NCBI GenBank assembly: GCA_964016885.1 | Contig: OZ024743.1 | Location: 278,566,001 to 278,630,000 of the forward strand | DNA length: 64,000 bases | DNA from: Eledone cirrhosa | Lineage: Eukaryota | Direction of reading: 5' to 3' | Shown here: in pieces, positions 1 through 12,914 of the stretch | How positions within the stretch are numbered: position 1 is the stretch's first letter | Layout of the letters: each line of letters starts with the position of its first letter | Translations under genes and position numbers: made by a program | Notes under the pieces: generated by a model | What the model saw: only the letters and a program-made list of their open reading frames with translations | Told to the model about the DNA's origin: nothing | Databases searched by the model: none

Positions 1-44
1 GTTTTTTAATGTTGTTTAATAATCGCTTTAAGTTAAGTTTTTTA

Positions 45-1364
45 CTCACGGACGCTATTTTTTCTCTCTCTGCTCAATGGCCTTCGTTCGTGCTGGACTA
101 TTCTTTCCCTAGCGCTCATATATTCACCTAGCTTACGCTAACAGAATAATTTTTGAAGCTTGTTTCTTTCCCACGGTATGCTATCTTTTCTGTTGTTCTC
201 CTGTCTCACTCGCTTTACGCGTTTTAATTGTCCTAATAACTTATTTTGGTTATTATTGCACCGAAGTGAGATATATGATTTTTAATGCAATGAAATATCT
301 ATGATCTTCGGCAAATCACTGATGAGGGACGTATTTTATTACATGTTACCATGTGCTACCTGCAGTATTTTTCTCTATATTTTAATACATATATTTACCA
401 CTGCGATTCTGTGTTTTTTCTCTCTCTCTTACTGTTCCCCCATTCTCTCTGTTTCTCCCCCTCTGTCTTGTCCGTTAACTCTTCCTCACACTTTCACTCA
501 CTCACTGTTTTTCTCCCTCTTCTCTTCATTTCATCCTGCACTCACGGACGCTATTTTTTCTCTCTCTGCTCAATGGCCTTCGTTCGTGCTGGACTATTCT
601 TTCCCTAGCGCTCATATATTCACCTAGATTACGCTAACCGAATAATATTTGAAGCTTGTTTCTCTCCCACGGTATGCTATCTTTTCTGTTGTTCTCCTGT
701 CTCACTCGCTTTACGCGTTTTAATTGTCCTAATAACTTATTTTGGTTATTATTGCACCGAAGTGAGATATATGATTTTTAATGCAATGAAATATCTATGA
801 TCTTCGGCAAATCACTGATGAGGGACGTATTTTATTACATGTTACCATGTGCTACCTGCAGTATTTTTCTCTATATTTTAATACATATATTCACCACTGC
901 GATTCTGTGTTTTTTTCTCTCTCTCTTACTGTTCCCCCATTCTCTCTGTTTCTCCCCCTCTGTCTTGTCCGTTAACTCTTCCTCACACTTTCACTCACTC
1001 ACTGTTTTTCTCCCTCTTCTCTTCATTTCATCCTGCACTCACGGACGCTATTTTTTCTCTCTCTGCTCAATGGCCTTCGTTCGTGCTGGACTATTCTTTC
1101 CCTAGCGCTCATATATTCACCTAGCTTACGCTAACAGAATAATTTTTGAAGCTTGTTTCTCTCCCACGGTATGCTATCTTTTCTGTTGTTCTCCTGTCTC
1201 ACTCGCTTTACGCGTTTTAATTGTCCTAATAACTTATTTTGGTTATTATTGCACCGAAGTGAGATATATGATTTTTAATGCAATGAAATATCTATGATCT
1301 TCGGCAAATCACTGATGAGGGACGTATTTTATTACATGTTACCATGTGCTACCTGCAGTATTTT

Positions 1365-1372
<8 letters not shown>
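45..1372 (+). repeat. ~496-bp tandem repeat (about 2.7 units), retrozyme-like or PLE pseudo-LTR-like, ending in (CT)n(TA)n
   Basis: Near-identical units start at ~45, ~541 and ~1038; the same ATGATCTTCGG occurs at 301, 797 and 1294. Each unit has one CTGATGA (319, 815, 1312). Confidence 0.9.
261..335 (+). ncRNA. Candidate type II (circularly permuted) hammerhead ribozyme, repeated at +496 and +993
   Basis: GAAA (292-295), tatcTA, stem I TGAT/ATCA with loop CTTCGGCAA, then CTGATGA (319-325). Upstream CCGAAG (261-266) is complementary to the loop. Helices II and III are weak. Confidence 0.4.
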
Positions 1373-1427
<55 letters not shown>

Positions 1428-1430
<3 letters not shown>

Positions 1431-2035
1431 AAAAATGAATTTCATTTCTCACTCTTAGTACGGCTGATACTTAAATATAAGTATGTATATAAACATCGTT
1501 TCCCTTTTGTTCAACACTGAGTAAGGAACGATGAACTAGTTTCTAGTTTATTAGCTGTCATCAGCACCGTATACCTTCCTGTCAGTCGATTGAACGTTTG
1601 ATAGTATATACTTTCCTTATGCATATTAACGATTGTGCAGCCTAATTTGCATATCGAGTGAGTTAATCGGCCGGGTGTACCGAAAACGATAAATGGAAAA
1701 AATGAAATTTCATTTCTCACTCTTAGTACGGCTGTTACTTAAATATAAGTATGTATACGTACATACATATATGTATACAGACGTACAGTAATACATGCCC
1801 ACATATATATATGTAAGTATGGGTTTACCTAACATCTATTATAATGCTCGGTTTATTTGTAAACAAACAGCCCGAATTATTAGCCGTACAGTGTTTGGCA
1901 AGGAAGGTATACGATGTGATGACAGCTAATAAGCTAGAAACTAGTTCATCGTTCCTTAGTAAGTGTTTAACAAAAGGGCAACGATGGACGGCGAACACTG
2001 TACGGCTACTAATTCGGGCTGTTTGTATTTTCTTT
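1428..2035. mobile_element. PLE-derived non-autonomous element (family B) with direct and inverted repeats and two HHR motifs
   Basis: Direct repeat 1438-1490/1707-1757; 1495-1580 is inverted at 1900-1986; flanked by (TA)n; homologous to 18218-18625 and 52110-52475. Confidence 0.75.
1529..1569 (-). ncRNA. Minimal type I hammerhead ribozyme (family B)
   Basis: Reverse complement reads cggtg CTGATGA cagctaataaacta GAAAC TA GTT catcg; stem I cggtg/catcg; palindromic ACTAGT helix III. The inverted copy at 1912-1951 lacks C3. Confidence 0.7.
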
Positions 2036-2040
2036 TTCAT

Positions 2041-2091
<51 letters not shown>

Positions 2092-2150
2092 GAAAAGAGT
2101 CAGGACCCCGACAACTAGATCCGCCGAACTAAACCCTATATATATATATA

Positions 2151-2637
2151 GTAATATACCGCACGTTTAATTAAAAAAATTTGAAGACCTTGCGCTATCA
2201 TTTTAAAGTAGTGACAATGTCACTTCTTTTTTCAGAAAAGGAAGGGAGAGAGAGAAGCTGACAGATTCTGTTTCACACTGTTGGTGTTCCTCGGAGCAAC
2301 GTACTCGCCGACCTCTGCTGAAAATTATAGAGGCTGGATTCTTATAGAGTTCCAGTAATAATCAGGAACTGATTATACAGAGAGTTTGCCGGTCCAGCAA
2401 AAATTAAAAATTGGGATTGGTGCTCTGAAATAGCGATGTATACATGAATGTATGTATAATATATTAGGTAATATACCGCACGTTTAATTAAAAACATTTT
2501 GAAAAAAAAAGTAAGTGACATAGTCACTATTTTAAAATGAAAGGTCTTCAAAATGTTTTTAATTAAACGTTCGGTATATTACCAAATAAATTATACATAC
2601 ATTCATGTATACATCGCTATTTCAGAGCACCAATCCT
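2151..2637 (-). mobile_element. PLE-derived element (family C) with direct repeat and inverted segment
   Basis: GTAATATACCGCACGTTTAATTAAAAA at 2151 and 2468; 2414-2503 is inverted at 2548-2637; other copies at 6710-6993, 24680-24926, 15186-15245 and 45185-45235. Confidence 0.75.
2257..2297 (-). ncRNA. Type I hammerhead motif (family C; U4C in this copy)
   Basis: Reverse complement reads gct CCGAGGA acac caaca gtgt GAAAC ag aat ct GTC agc; all three helices pair. The copy at 6710-6719 (-) has an intact CTGAGGA. Confidence 0.7.
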
Positions 2638-2646
2638 ACTTTCTAT

Positions 2647-2912
2647 GTCTATGACTTCGCTGCACGGAGTGCAGCGCAACCTACGTCGGACAGACTGGAT
2701 GTCCCCTGGCGGATCGTTTCACGAAACACCTCCGTGATATTCGTCCCGGCGGGAGTTTCCCCATCGGCCGCCACTTTGGCTCCCCTGGACATTCCGCCCA
2801 CCACCTCACAGTCAGTGGCCTGATCCAATGCTATGGAACACCCGCCATCCGCCTCACGGTCGAACAACACACCAACTTCACCTTACAGACCCACACACCC
2901 TGGCCTGAACTC
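2647..2912 (+). pseudogene. PLE GIY-YIG endonuclease C-terminal remnant (Neptune-like), frameshifted
   Basis: Manual translation: VY-LRCTECSATYVGQTGCPLADRFTKHLRDIRPGGSFPIGRHFGSPGHSAHHLTVSGLIQCYG...EQH...LQTHTP-GLN. Confidence 0.85.
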
Positions 2913-4423
2913 CCCACCCCTATTCCTTTAGCCTTCGATCGCCACCCTTCCCCCACATCCCCCACTAACACCACTAACACACTCCTCAAATACACCGCTC
3001 CCACCCACTTGGCCCACCCCACAACTAATAATATTAATACTCCCCGACCCTCCCCGACTAACAATACTAACACCCCACCCGTTCCCCCTAACGTCCGCGC
3101 ACCCACCCACCCCACACGCACACACCCACCTGAACATATATACACGCACTCACACTATCCACACACCCTACTACCAGCACTAACCCCCATCCACACACCC
3201 ACACTGACCACCCCACAACTAACATCACTAACATCCCCCAACCCCACGCACACGAACACACACCATCACACACACACACAAACCCACACCTACGTACACC
3301 ACCCACTCCACACACCCAACCACCACTAACCCCCACTTACACACCCACCTTCAACCCTTTCCCCACCGCCAGTAATACTAACACCCATTAACACCTTCTC
3401 TACCACACACACACTCATGCAAACACGCACACACACACACTCATGCAAACACGCACACACACACACCAGTACACTACACTCCCTCCTCCGTCCACAACAC
3501 CTTTTCTTTCCCTCTCTCTCTCCCTGATCCACCTACACCCCTTTACACACATATCCCACTAATATACACCCCATCCCCCCACACCACCTCCTTCTCCTTC
3601 CACCTTTCACACCTACCCATCCTCCCCCCTCTCCACCGCACCCCCGCACATATAGACACACAGGCCACACCACATACAGACCCTTTCTTCACCTGTCATC
3701 CTCCTCTACTGCTATTTCTTCACCCTGCCTTGACCCTCTGACCACTTCCTGTTGCGCGCGCAGCCCACATCTCTCCACTTCCGCACTACCACAAATGGAT
3801 TCACACCACCGGTCATCGTTCCACTCTATAACATGAGAAATACCCAACATCTTACCGCACACTCCACCCAACTACTTTAGGAACATACCCACGAACAAAC
3901 ACTCACATTTTTTTTTCGAACCACGCCACCTACATCCACACAACGTATAAACACAAACACACACATGCGTATCCCCACATATACACACCCAGCCTCCGGA
4001 ATCCACACGCCCCTCCTCCTCCTCCACCCCTCTGACCCCTCTCCATCCACATGCATGCACACACCGACTTACACTCCCACCCCATGCACACACCGGTTCC
4101 CCTTTACCTGAATATGGAACCTCGTTCTTCCCCCAACTCTCACATTTACATACACACACACACACACACACGTACACCTACACACATACACAAACCCCAC
4201 ATTCAGCCCTCCCCACTCGGACACCCCGCCTCCCTCTCCCAACTCCACCCGCCACCACCCCTACACGCCTCACACCCTTCCACCACTTGTTTATTTTTAT
4301 GTTAATTTTTATTTTTATTTGTACTTCTAAAAAAAAAAATCATTTTTCCTTCCCCCACCCCCTTTTTAAAAATGTCTTTCCACCACTGCCCCACACACCC
4401 TCGGAACTCTCTTCCTACACACT

Positions 4424-4460
4424 TTTCTCCTGATGAAGGGCTTATGCCCAAAACGTCCCC
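4424..4460 (+). ncRNA. Minimal hammerhead motif with G12A substitution (family D)
   Basis: CTGATGA (4430-4436) aggg cttatg ccc AAAAC GTC; canonical PLE position after the ORF. Confidence 0.6.
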
Positions 4461-4791
4461 CTCCCCCACACTCTCAAAAGCGTGAACCTAATAAACTACT
4501 ATTTGTACTGCCTCTCTGTTTTTGTTCCTGTCTAATATTTTGTGTACGCGTGTGTTATATAGTTATAGAGGTGCGTATATACATTTTAATTTATATTTTT
4601 AATTATTGTGTCTATCCTGCCTTCCATAGATTATAGATTCCATACACTGGTGGTTTTCTCTGCTGTGTTACATTTTCAACATATTGTATTTTACATATAT
4701 ATATGTATGTAAAAGGTAAACAGAAATAACAACACAAGTGTGTGTGTGTGTGTATAAATATATATATTTAGATACACTCACACACACACAC

Positions 4792-4830
<39 letters not shown>

Positions 4831-4842
4831 TGTATATGTACA

Positions 4843-5140
4843 CATAGTGGAACTCAGTTCACAAACCTAATTCGTTCCTGAAGGCCATTCGTCACCCTAA
4901 ATATTCGTGAACCGAAACTATTTAACCCATAGAAAATGTTGTGAGAGCGGTACAGTGAGAGAGATACTATATATACAAGACAAATAGACATCACCATAGT
5001 AAATAACTACACCGATACTCCAAGTTTATTGCCAACACATGTTGTTGACTTGCACGTTCGTTACTCGAAACATCGTTCAGAATATTTTTATGTGAACCGA
5101 TTTGTTCGTGATGAGAGGCCTTCGTGAACCATGGCTTTAT
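4843..5140. mobile_element. Degenerate Tigger/pogo-type MITE
   Basis: Imperfect TIRs TAGTGGAACTCAGTTCACAAA... / ...TTCGTGAACCATGG with internal TTCGTGAAC subrepeats. Confidence 0.5.
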
Positions 5141-5659
5141 GCGATAAAATGTTTTGCCTACTTTTCACAGCACATTTGTACGGAGTCTTTAATCCAGACA
5201 AATATATACAAGTGATACCCTACCACCTTATCTACTACACATAACATAACATATAGCCGCATTCTAAGACTGTATTCTATAATTTAGTTTTCAATGGTGT
5301 AAAGATCGGAATATTCACAGCTGGAATGTATCCTTTTGTCCTGGTTTTGCTAAACGGGGCAGTACTGGGGTTAAATATCAATTGTAAAAACATCATATTA
5401 TAAAATCGGAAGATAGTCACACCTCAGTAATTTATATTGCTCTATTCTATAAAAGAGTGAACAGGTACAACATTAAAAAGAAAATACCTCAAAACAAAAC
5501 TAAAAAAATACGAGTAATAGTAACAACAACGATTACAACAACAATAACTGCAAAAGCTATATTTATATATATATTTATATATATATGAGTGTGTGTGTGT
5601 GTATATATATATATAAATATATATATATGTGTGTATATATATGTATATATGTATATATG

Positions 5660-5726
<67 letters not shown>

Positions 5727-6356
5727 GTTTGTGTTTGTGTGTGTTTGTATGTATCAACTATATCAATGGCCGGTTGAACTGTGTCATAATACTCCTCATG
5801 GATATTAATTCACAGGTGGAAATGGATCGGATATCTTAGAGAGGTGGGCAATTAAACCTACAGGTGTGATGTTGATGTCAAATTGTAACAATCGTAATTG
5901 TTAAATGGACGATAGAAAGAGCGTGTGAAGTGGGAAATATATAGAAAAAGAAAACACACTCAGTACTTAGTAAAGGGAGAGAAAATGAGAGGAATATTTT
6001 GCGACAAAAAAACGGAGTAAAAGCTAATCAATGGGTGATTATTGAAACGTACTTTTCCTGTTTACCTTTTTTATCTCTATTACAGCGTATCAGAATTTGA
6101 GAATCGGGCGTGGTTCGAATTAGACCGAAGATGAAGATGGCCCAACAAGGATGAATACAAAATACACCGATTCGCAGAAGCACTTGGGCAATCTAGAAAA
6201 TATCAATTAGATCAACTATCTATTTTCTTCTTTTCATGCATTGAATATATGACCTTCCATTCTATAGACAAAAGTACAGGTTTTACAATTGTCCAGTGTA
6301 TCTAATTAATTGTATTTACACATGTCCTATTATATATGGAGGTGATGCTGTGAGCC

Positions 6357-6431
<75 letters not shown>

Positions 6432-6433
<2 letters not shown>

Positions 6434-6690
6434 AAAGTTCTATTTAAAGTTGTTGGGATACAACAAGTAAATATTTTTATAACTGATATAAAGCACTCGA
6501 CAAGTTTTTGGAGTAGATATACGATATTAATAAATGGAAACTATATTTATAAAACCATATTTATTTCATTATACATATTTCAGGGATACCACATTAAATT
6601 ATGGTATGCCTTCATCAGACAACATACAATATATAACAGTTTTACAAATAGCTTTGACGTACCCTTTTATATATATAAACAAATCACTAT
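6432..6690 (-). mobile_element. PLE 3' terminus (family E) with HHR motif at 6570-6625
   Basis: Reverse complement reads CTGATGA aggcataccata attta atgtggtatccct GAAA tatgta; homologous to 61960-62130; abuts (TA)n. Confidence 0.7.
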
Positions 6691-6709
6691 CCAGACAGCC
6701 TCCAAAAGT

Positions 6710-6993
6710 TCCTCAGAGCCACGCTCTACCATACTTCCACCGAAAATTATAGAAGCTGGATTCTTATAGAATTCCAGTAATAATCAGGGGCTGATTATAC
6801 AGAGCGATTGCCGGTCCAGTAAAAGTTAGGGATTAGGATTGGTGCTCTGAAATAGCGATGTATACATGAATGTATGTATAGTATATTTGGCAATATACAG
6901 TATGTTTAATTAAAAACATTGACAAGACCATACACTATCAGTTTTAAAGTAGGGAATATGTCACTTACTTCTTAAAGAAGTAAGTGACATAGT
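6710..6993 (-). mobile_element. Family C copy, truncated inside the HHR, with a small terminal hairpin
   Basis: Similar to 2288-2500; hairpin TATGTCACTTACTTCTT/AAGAAGTAAGTGACATA at 6957-6991. Confidence 0.7.
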
Positions 6994-7427
6994 CATATAT
7001 ATATGGGATGAAGTCTGGAATGTTTCCACTCGTTTCGTGATTTATCACATATTCCGAGGCAATACAGAATTCTCTCACATCTGTGATATTTGGTTTACTA
7101 TCATTAACTGTGACCTCACTATTCTTGTCTTCCATACTTCATTCTCTCTCCTACTCTCTACTCGATTATCTCCCATCGTTTTCTTTCTTTCAGCCATGCT
7201 TTGTGGTGGACGTATCTCTCTCGGCATTCATGTGGCCCCAGCGTTGTTTTCTCCATGCTGTTTGGATTTGTATTCTGAGTCTAACAGTTAGCTCTTTGAT
7301 CTTGGAATCACACACTTTACGTTGCCTCCTGCCTGTGCATCCTGCGCACCTAGTAGTCTGCACTTTGTATATTTTGTCCTTCCAAATTTGGAACATCGTT
7401 GTGTTAAGATTCCTTGCTATATATATT

Positions 7428-7565
7428 TATAACAAAGAGGGTGGACAATAACGTACCAGAGTATTTGATACTTGGGGTAGTAGAGTGGGTAATAGGAAAA
7501 GATTCAGGACCCTGACGGCTGAGCTCTGGCCGTTTCGACAGTTAGATCCGAAGTAAGCCACCAAT
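7428..7565 (-). mobile_element. Short PLE-like terminal fragment (family P) in (TA)n
   Basis: Shares GGAAAAGAGTCAGGACCCCGACGGCTGAGCTC...CCGTTTCGAC with 2090-2135, 43942-44133 and 45271-45460. Confidence 0.6.
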
Positions 7566-7570
7566 AATAT

Positions 7571-7612
<42 letters not shown>

Positions 7613-8197
7613 GTACATAACTATGCTTTTATGAAAAGGAACAGAAGGAACCACGGGTAAATAAGTTTCTCACCATCCTACTAGAAAAGGTATATTTCAT
7701 ATAATTTCATATGAAAATTATTTTTACAGGACTAGAAGTGCTTGATATGAAACAATAATAATGTCATTTCCTTTTATATTTGGAAATGGCCGAAATTGTT
7801 TTAGTCCTATTGATGCATCTCGAGGATTATTTCGCAAAAGTTTTTCAACTATTATTTATGGAGATTGAATATGATTATGGTTATATGCGTAGGGTTGCAC
7901 ACATTTTGAGTTTTAAATTTTCGAAATACTCCTTTTCTCCGTTTGTATACATATCCCCCTCCCCCCCCCCCCCTCCCCCCCCACACACATATATATGCCC
8001 GATAAGCAGAAATAGTCCTGTAAAAGTCACATTTCAGTGAAATTTCTTACACACAAAGACACACAGACAGATATATATACACAGAGAGATGTTCATAGAT
8101 GTAAACATGGTGAATGAACATCAAATATGTAACACTAAATATTTATTACTAGACATTAAACAAAATATCTAATAAAATATTCCGACACTGATCGCAG

Positions 8198-8680
8198 TAT
8201 TTCGATTTCATAGTTCCCCTGGGATGTGAGGGGAACCGAAATTTTTTAAGCACCCTGTTATGCCAGTCAATTTAGTAAAAAAAAACACCTCTCGGGGAAA
8301 GTAATACGAATAGTGGTTTTACTATTAAACTGAAGAGATGGAAAGTAAATGTAATCGAAAACTATATACTTGCGCATCTCACAACTTCGCTTTAACATTT
8401 TCTAACCTATGCATCCCTGATGAGCTATGAATTTGAAACATTGTGACCAACGTCGGGGTCTTTCGTGACCTGTTTCGTTTTATGTCAAGCAATGTAGATT
8501 GTGTTACTTTCTCCAGTATAGTTAAATGCATAACTGCACACATACTTAAAGAGGTCTGTTACATATAAAATGCGTACAAGTTGTCCAGAATATCGAGTAC
8601 TCTCCAATAAATATTTATGTGCGAATAATTGCTTTATGGGATGAATTTAGAGTATATATATATATATAAAATATCGTTTC
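8198..8680 (+). mobile_element. Old PLE-derived element with degenerate HHR (CTGATGA 8417, GAAAC 8435) and a diverged 5' inverted copy (8200-8232)
   Basis: catccCTGATGAgctatgaatttGAAAC matches the reverse complement of tttcgatttcatagttcccctgggatg. Confidence 0.45.
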
Positions 8681-8751
8681 CCCAGGAGGTACAACACTTG
8701 AAAATATTAATAGCTAACTGTTATTTATACGAGAGAATTCATAAGTAAATA

Positions 8752-8825
<74 letters not shown>

Positions 8826-8906
8826 CGTATCGTCATGGTGTGCGATGTAGGTAATGACCCAACTGTTCTAAATAGCAACAGCGCAGGCTTGAAAATCCGA
8901 TGTCAT

Positions 8907-8979
<73 letters not shown>

Positions 8980-9163
8980 CGTTATTCGAGGTTGAATCGG
9001 AGGTAACCACAGTAAGTAAAGTACTCAATACATAGACGAGTATAAAAGTTTTAATATAGATGAGATTCTACAGGACTAGAACTGTTTCATTCTTTAGAAA
9101 TCATCTGATGATTTCTAACGAATGAAACAGTTCTAGTCCTGTAGAATCTCATCTATATTAAAA

Positions 9164-9165
<2 letters not shown>
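8980..9165. mobile_element. Palindromic HHR-bearing element (family G) in (TA)n
   Basis: Near-perfect hairpin 9047-9165 centred on CTGATGA (9105-9111); GAAAC at 9124. Confidence 0.85.
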
Positions 9166-9249
<84 letters not shown>

Positions 9250-9478
9250 GAGAATGAATGGAGGAAATGGCATACATTTAAAAAAAAACTTTCTATGATA
9301 TTTAACACTGCACTCCTAAGCATTGAGTACACTTCGCTTCAACTATTGACGTCTAGTATATTGTATCACAATTGTTTCGCCCTCCTTTACTCTTATGATA
9401 CATGTCTCTTCTATTTTTCAGTATGTACACACACACATATACACACACACACACGCACACACATATATATATATATAT

Positions 9479-9509
<31 letters not shown>

Positions 9510-9989
9510 CATCTATATATATATACTTGTGTATGCATATATCTATAATCGGGGGAAGCTGTAATTGACAGGGAGCAAATGCATCGCTGCCTTTAATGTC
9601 ATAAACATTCCAGTAACTATGCTCTTTCATTTCTTAGTCCCAATGTGCCTTTCATTATGTTTATAAGTTGAAGGTCATTTCATTAACTCAAGTATGTATT
9701 GCGTTTTGCTATTAATAAAATCCTCTATTTTTAATATTTCGTTCTTATATTACTATTTCATGAAATAGTTTTTAACAGAAGAAAATGTGTGTTTAAATTA
9801 ATTTTCAACATAATGTAGAACTTGGACGTATTTAGTAAAGTAATTAACTTCGACATACATCATTAACAAAGGTTCTTATAGCCAATTAATTTTGATGTTT
9901 TACTGCATCTGTTCCACTTTGCAGGCAAATAGTGGCGCGTGGATCAATTCGGTGCCCTCCTTATCAAGCGGTAACCTTCTTGATAACTA

Positions 9990-10590
9990 GTGCATTTTCA
10001 TCGGGGTGGCCTAACGCCCCATCCTCCGCGGGTGTGAGTCACATATATGCCGTTGTTGAGCCGTCGTCCACGAGTTCGTCCTGCGTCCACTATCACGCCA
10101 CCAGATCGCTGGCCAGTTCGGCCGACATGCCCGCTCTCGATGACATAATGAGATGGAGACTGGATACAGCCAGTTTCCCATCACAACTGGAGTCAGCGAG
10201 CCTCGACTGTAGATACTTCAAGCACCCCGACTGAAAAACCCTCTTCCGATTCGAAGGCGGTAAATCCATCATCTGGGACGCGACATGCTATGACACGTTC
10301 TCCGCCCCTAACCTAGTCGCTTTGCCCGCAAACCCCCTGTACCGCGACCCGCAATGCAGAGGATAGGAAGATAAGCAAATAGCTGGCCTGGTCCGCCGCT
10401 TCCTCTTTGCACCCGTCGCAGTCGAGGCGTCAAGCATCCTCGAACCCCTTAGAGTCGAGATCCTCCGAAAATCGGAACGACAATGGCCAGTCTGAGGAAG
10501 TATCCACACGAGTTATGGTGGCTGATACAGCAGGTGTCGTTGGCCATTGTCCGCGGTAATGCTGTTAAAATTTTCTTTTCGGGGCGCAGC
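9990..10590 (+). pseudogene. CRE-clade non-LTR retrotransposon remnant (zinc-finger region and restriction-like endonuclease)
   Basis: Frameshifted translation includes ..LDDIMRWRLDTASFPSQLE.., HPD*KT..GKSIIWDATCYDTFSA, FLFAPVAVEAS, ELWWLIQQVSLAIVRGNAVKI. Confidence 0.75.
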
Positions 10591-11516
10591 CGAAACACCA
10601 TTCCGACCATCATTGTATATCATTTGAACAAAAAGTTCCAGCATTTTGTGTTTTTAATTCAAATTTCATTCTAGCCTACTTGTTTCATAGACATAATCTG
10701 TCACCTACTTTAACATCACCACATGACCTTCAGGAGTCTTTGGCAGAGTCTACTCTCCTGCAAGCATACAGACCATATTTCATGTTTGAGGGTACCTTAC
10801 AGCCCCCACCTCCTTACTCTCAATAAAACCGAAAGCTCTGGCATTGCTTTTCCTTCCTAGACTAAACACTAAGAATATGCACCTTCTTCACAATTTACTA
10901 TCCTTCTATCAAGGGCTTTAACCAATACCTATAACTGGGATACGTTTGCCTTTACACTGAGTTACTAGATACATAGAGGACGTGTTTCTAACCGTCGATC
11001 GAAAGAGTGATACACTTTCAATCAACTGAATATTACAAAAGTTAAACATACCCAAGCAGGAAACGAGTGGCACAAATAAATACTCTTCATCGGTTGTTGA
11101 CATGAACATTTTGCACTAGACAATCAGAAGAATAAGCAAGCAAACAAATAATTTAAATATATGTCAGAGAACCTACGAAAATTGAATATACACTATAAGA
11201 AATAATTTTAGCAAACATCAATACTGCGGATACGTTTTTTGTATTTTCTACAGAATGTCGGCAGGCGGCAAATAATCATGGACAACATTTTCCGTCCGCG
11301 TTCCCTACTGACATGGGTTGGGTAGGCTGTTTACACGTTCCATATTATGTTTGTTAAATACATAATCGTTGATATATTCCAAGTAGGTGAACTGATGGAG
11401 ATATTCTTCATTGGAATTCTAGCATTTTTATTATTTTAAATTATTTAATAAATGATTTTTTGCGATGCATAAATAATAAAAAAAACACATTAGTTCAGTC
11501 GTTGTTTTTGTTTCAG

Positions 11517-11747
11517 GTACCATGATTTCTTTGTAGTGGCTTCAAGATGGTAGACGAGGGAGAGAATGAGGCATCGGAATCGGAATTGGAAGAGGACACC
11601 GATACACATTGATTACTGCACTGGTTTATCAGAGCACCAGAATATCGAGACATCATATGTCTGGAGACGTAGTCGGAACTCTTGTAACAGACTGGTGTCT
11701 AATAAATACACAAATGAACAGGGAAATTCAGAGTCTGAATTCACCAG
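11517..11747 (+). other. Exon-like segment with strong splice signals; unknown, possibly non-coding transcript
   Basis: Acceptor gttgtttttgtttcag| and donor CAG|gtaagt; 231 nt; stop codons in all three frames near the 5' end; ATG at 11566 stays open to the donor. Confidence 0.4.
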
Positions 11748-12320
11748 GTAAGTACTTTAAAATGTTCTAGTCTTTTATATATATCTAGATATAATGCAGA
11801 AAAAAAATGCAGTATTATGACTTTGAAGAATTAACGTATTTCTCTGTCTCTCAAAAAGTTACCGTCAGTCTCAAAACATGTGAAACTGTGAAGATTTTGT
11901 TTTTTAAGTTTAACTTTTTTTTTAAACAAAATATCCTATTTACAATCGAGTGAGGATATACAAGGTCTAAGAGTAGTATTATTTTTGTCGTTGGTATGTA
12001 CGGGAGACAACTAGAACTGACTTTCGCCTCCTTGTGTTTATCAGTAAAATATGGCCTGACTTTGAAGGATGTACGTCACGTTTATTTGTCTAGTCATATA
12101 TCTGTTTGTATGGACGGCTTTCTTTCCCATTTCTTTGTGCCCTTTTTCATTATTTTTCAGATTTTTTTTGTTACGTTTATTTTTTTTTTTTATCCGTAAA
12201 AAAGGGTAAACAAAGGCAAATTAAACGAAACAAGAGCTTTATTCGTTGCGTTTTATTGTTACTCTGTTTCTGAGCCGACAGCTGCTGTTTATATCAAAAT
12301 GTTGTTAAGATACTTATATA

Positions 12321-12540
12321 GGATCAATCGACTTTCGTCAAATCGGACCGAGGAAACAATGTTTTCGTCAGTCTTTCCAGTTGTTAATTCTAACTATCGG
12401 TCGCAACTCCAGGTAGAAGGAACAACGTGAAATAAAGTGTCTTGCTCAAGGATATAACGCATGGCTCGGGCCAGGAAATGGAACTCACCACCTCAAGATT
12501 GTGAATCCAATTCTCTAACCACTCAGCCACACGCCTTCAC
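12321..12540 (-). mobile_element. tRNA-derived SINE with CORE-like domain
   Basis: Reverse complement head GGCGTGTGGCTGAGTGGTTAG (A box), GAGTTCCATTTCC (B-box-like), CCTTGAGCAAGACACTT; copies at 14975-15185 and 62172-62335. Confidence 0.8.
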
Positions 12541-12914
12541 AAAGATACTTTTATTGTTAAAATAAACCTTTTATGGCGATATATTGTAGCTCGGTGTGCC
12601 GAAAGTTCAATTTCCTCAATAATTTACTTATATAAATGAATTTCAGATTCAGCTGAATGCTTGTCGCTAAACTTTCTAATTTAACATAACTTAATAAAGA
12701 GATGTTTTCTGTGGCGTATCACTGTTGATGCACGTGTCATAGGCTCACCAACACAGGCATAAGCATTAGTTGATGTAAGAAATGAAATAAATGAGGCAAT
12801 ATATAAACTATACAATTTAGACGATAACTAATTCATTTCTTTTCTGGTACTATTGTTAGCGTATTTCTAATGCGATACAGCGAATATAATCAATTATTTG
12901 GAGGGAGCTCTTAA

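Larger units (their letters stand above)
2640..4695 (+). mobile_element. 5'-truncated Penelope-like retroelement: GIY-YIG remnant, long C/A-rich 3' region, HHR and terminal repeat
   Basis: GIY-YIG translation at 2647-2910; HHR at 4430; 4548-4690 matches the reverse complement of 58932-59110. Confidence 0.75.

Noticed and set aside
301-1105. Repeated 85-108 aa hydrophobic ORFs
   Set aside because: They arise from pyrimidine-rich repeat units, and the frame changes between units through a 1-nt indel.
10730-10920. Possible LINE endonuclease N-terminal remnant on the minus strand (VCLQESR)
   Set aside because: A single short motif is too weak to call.
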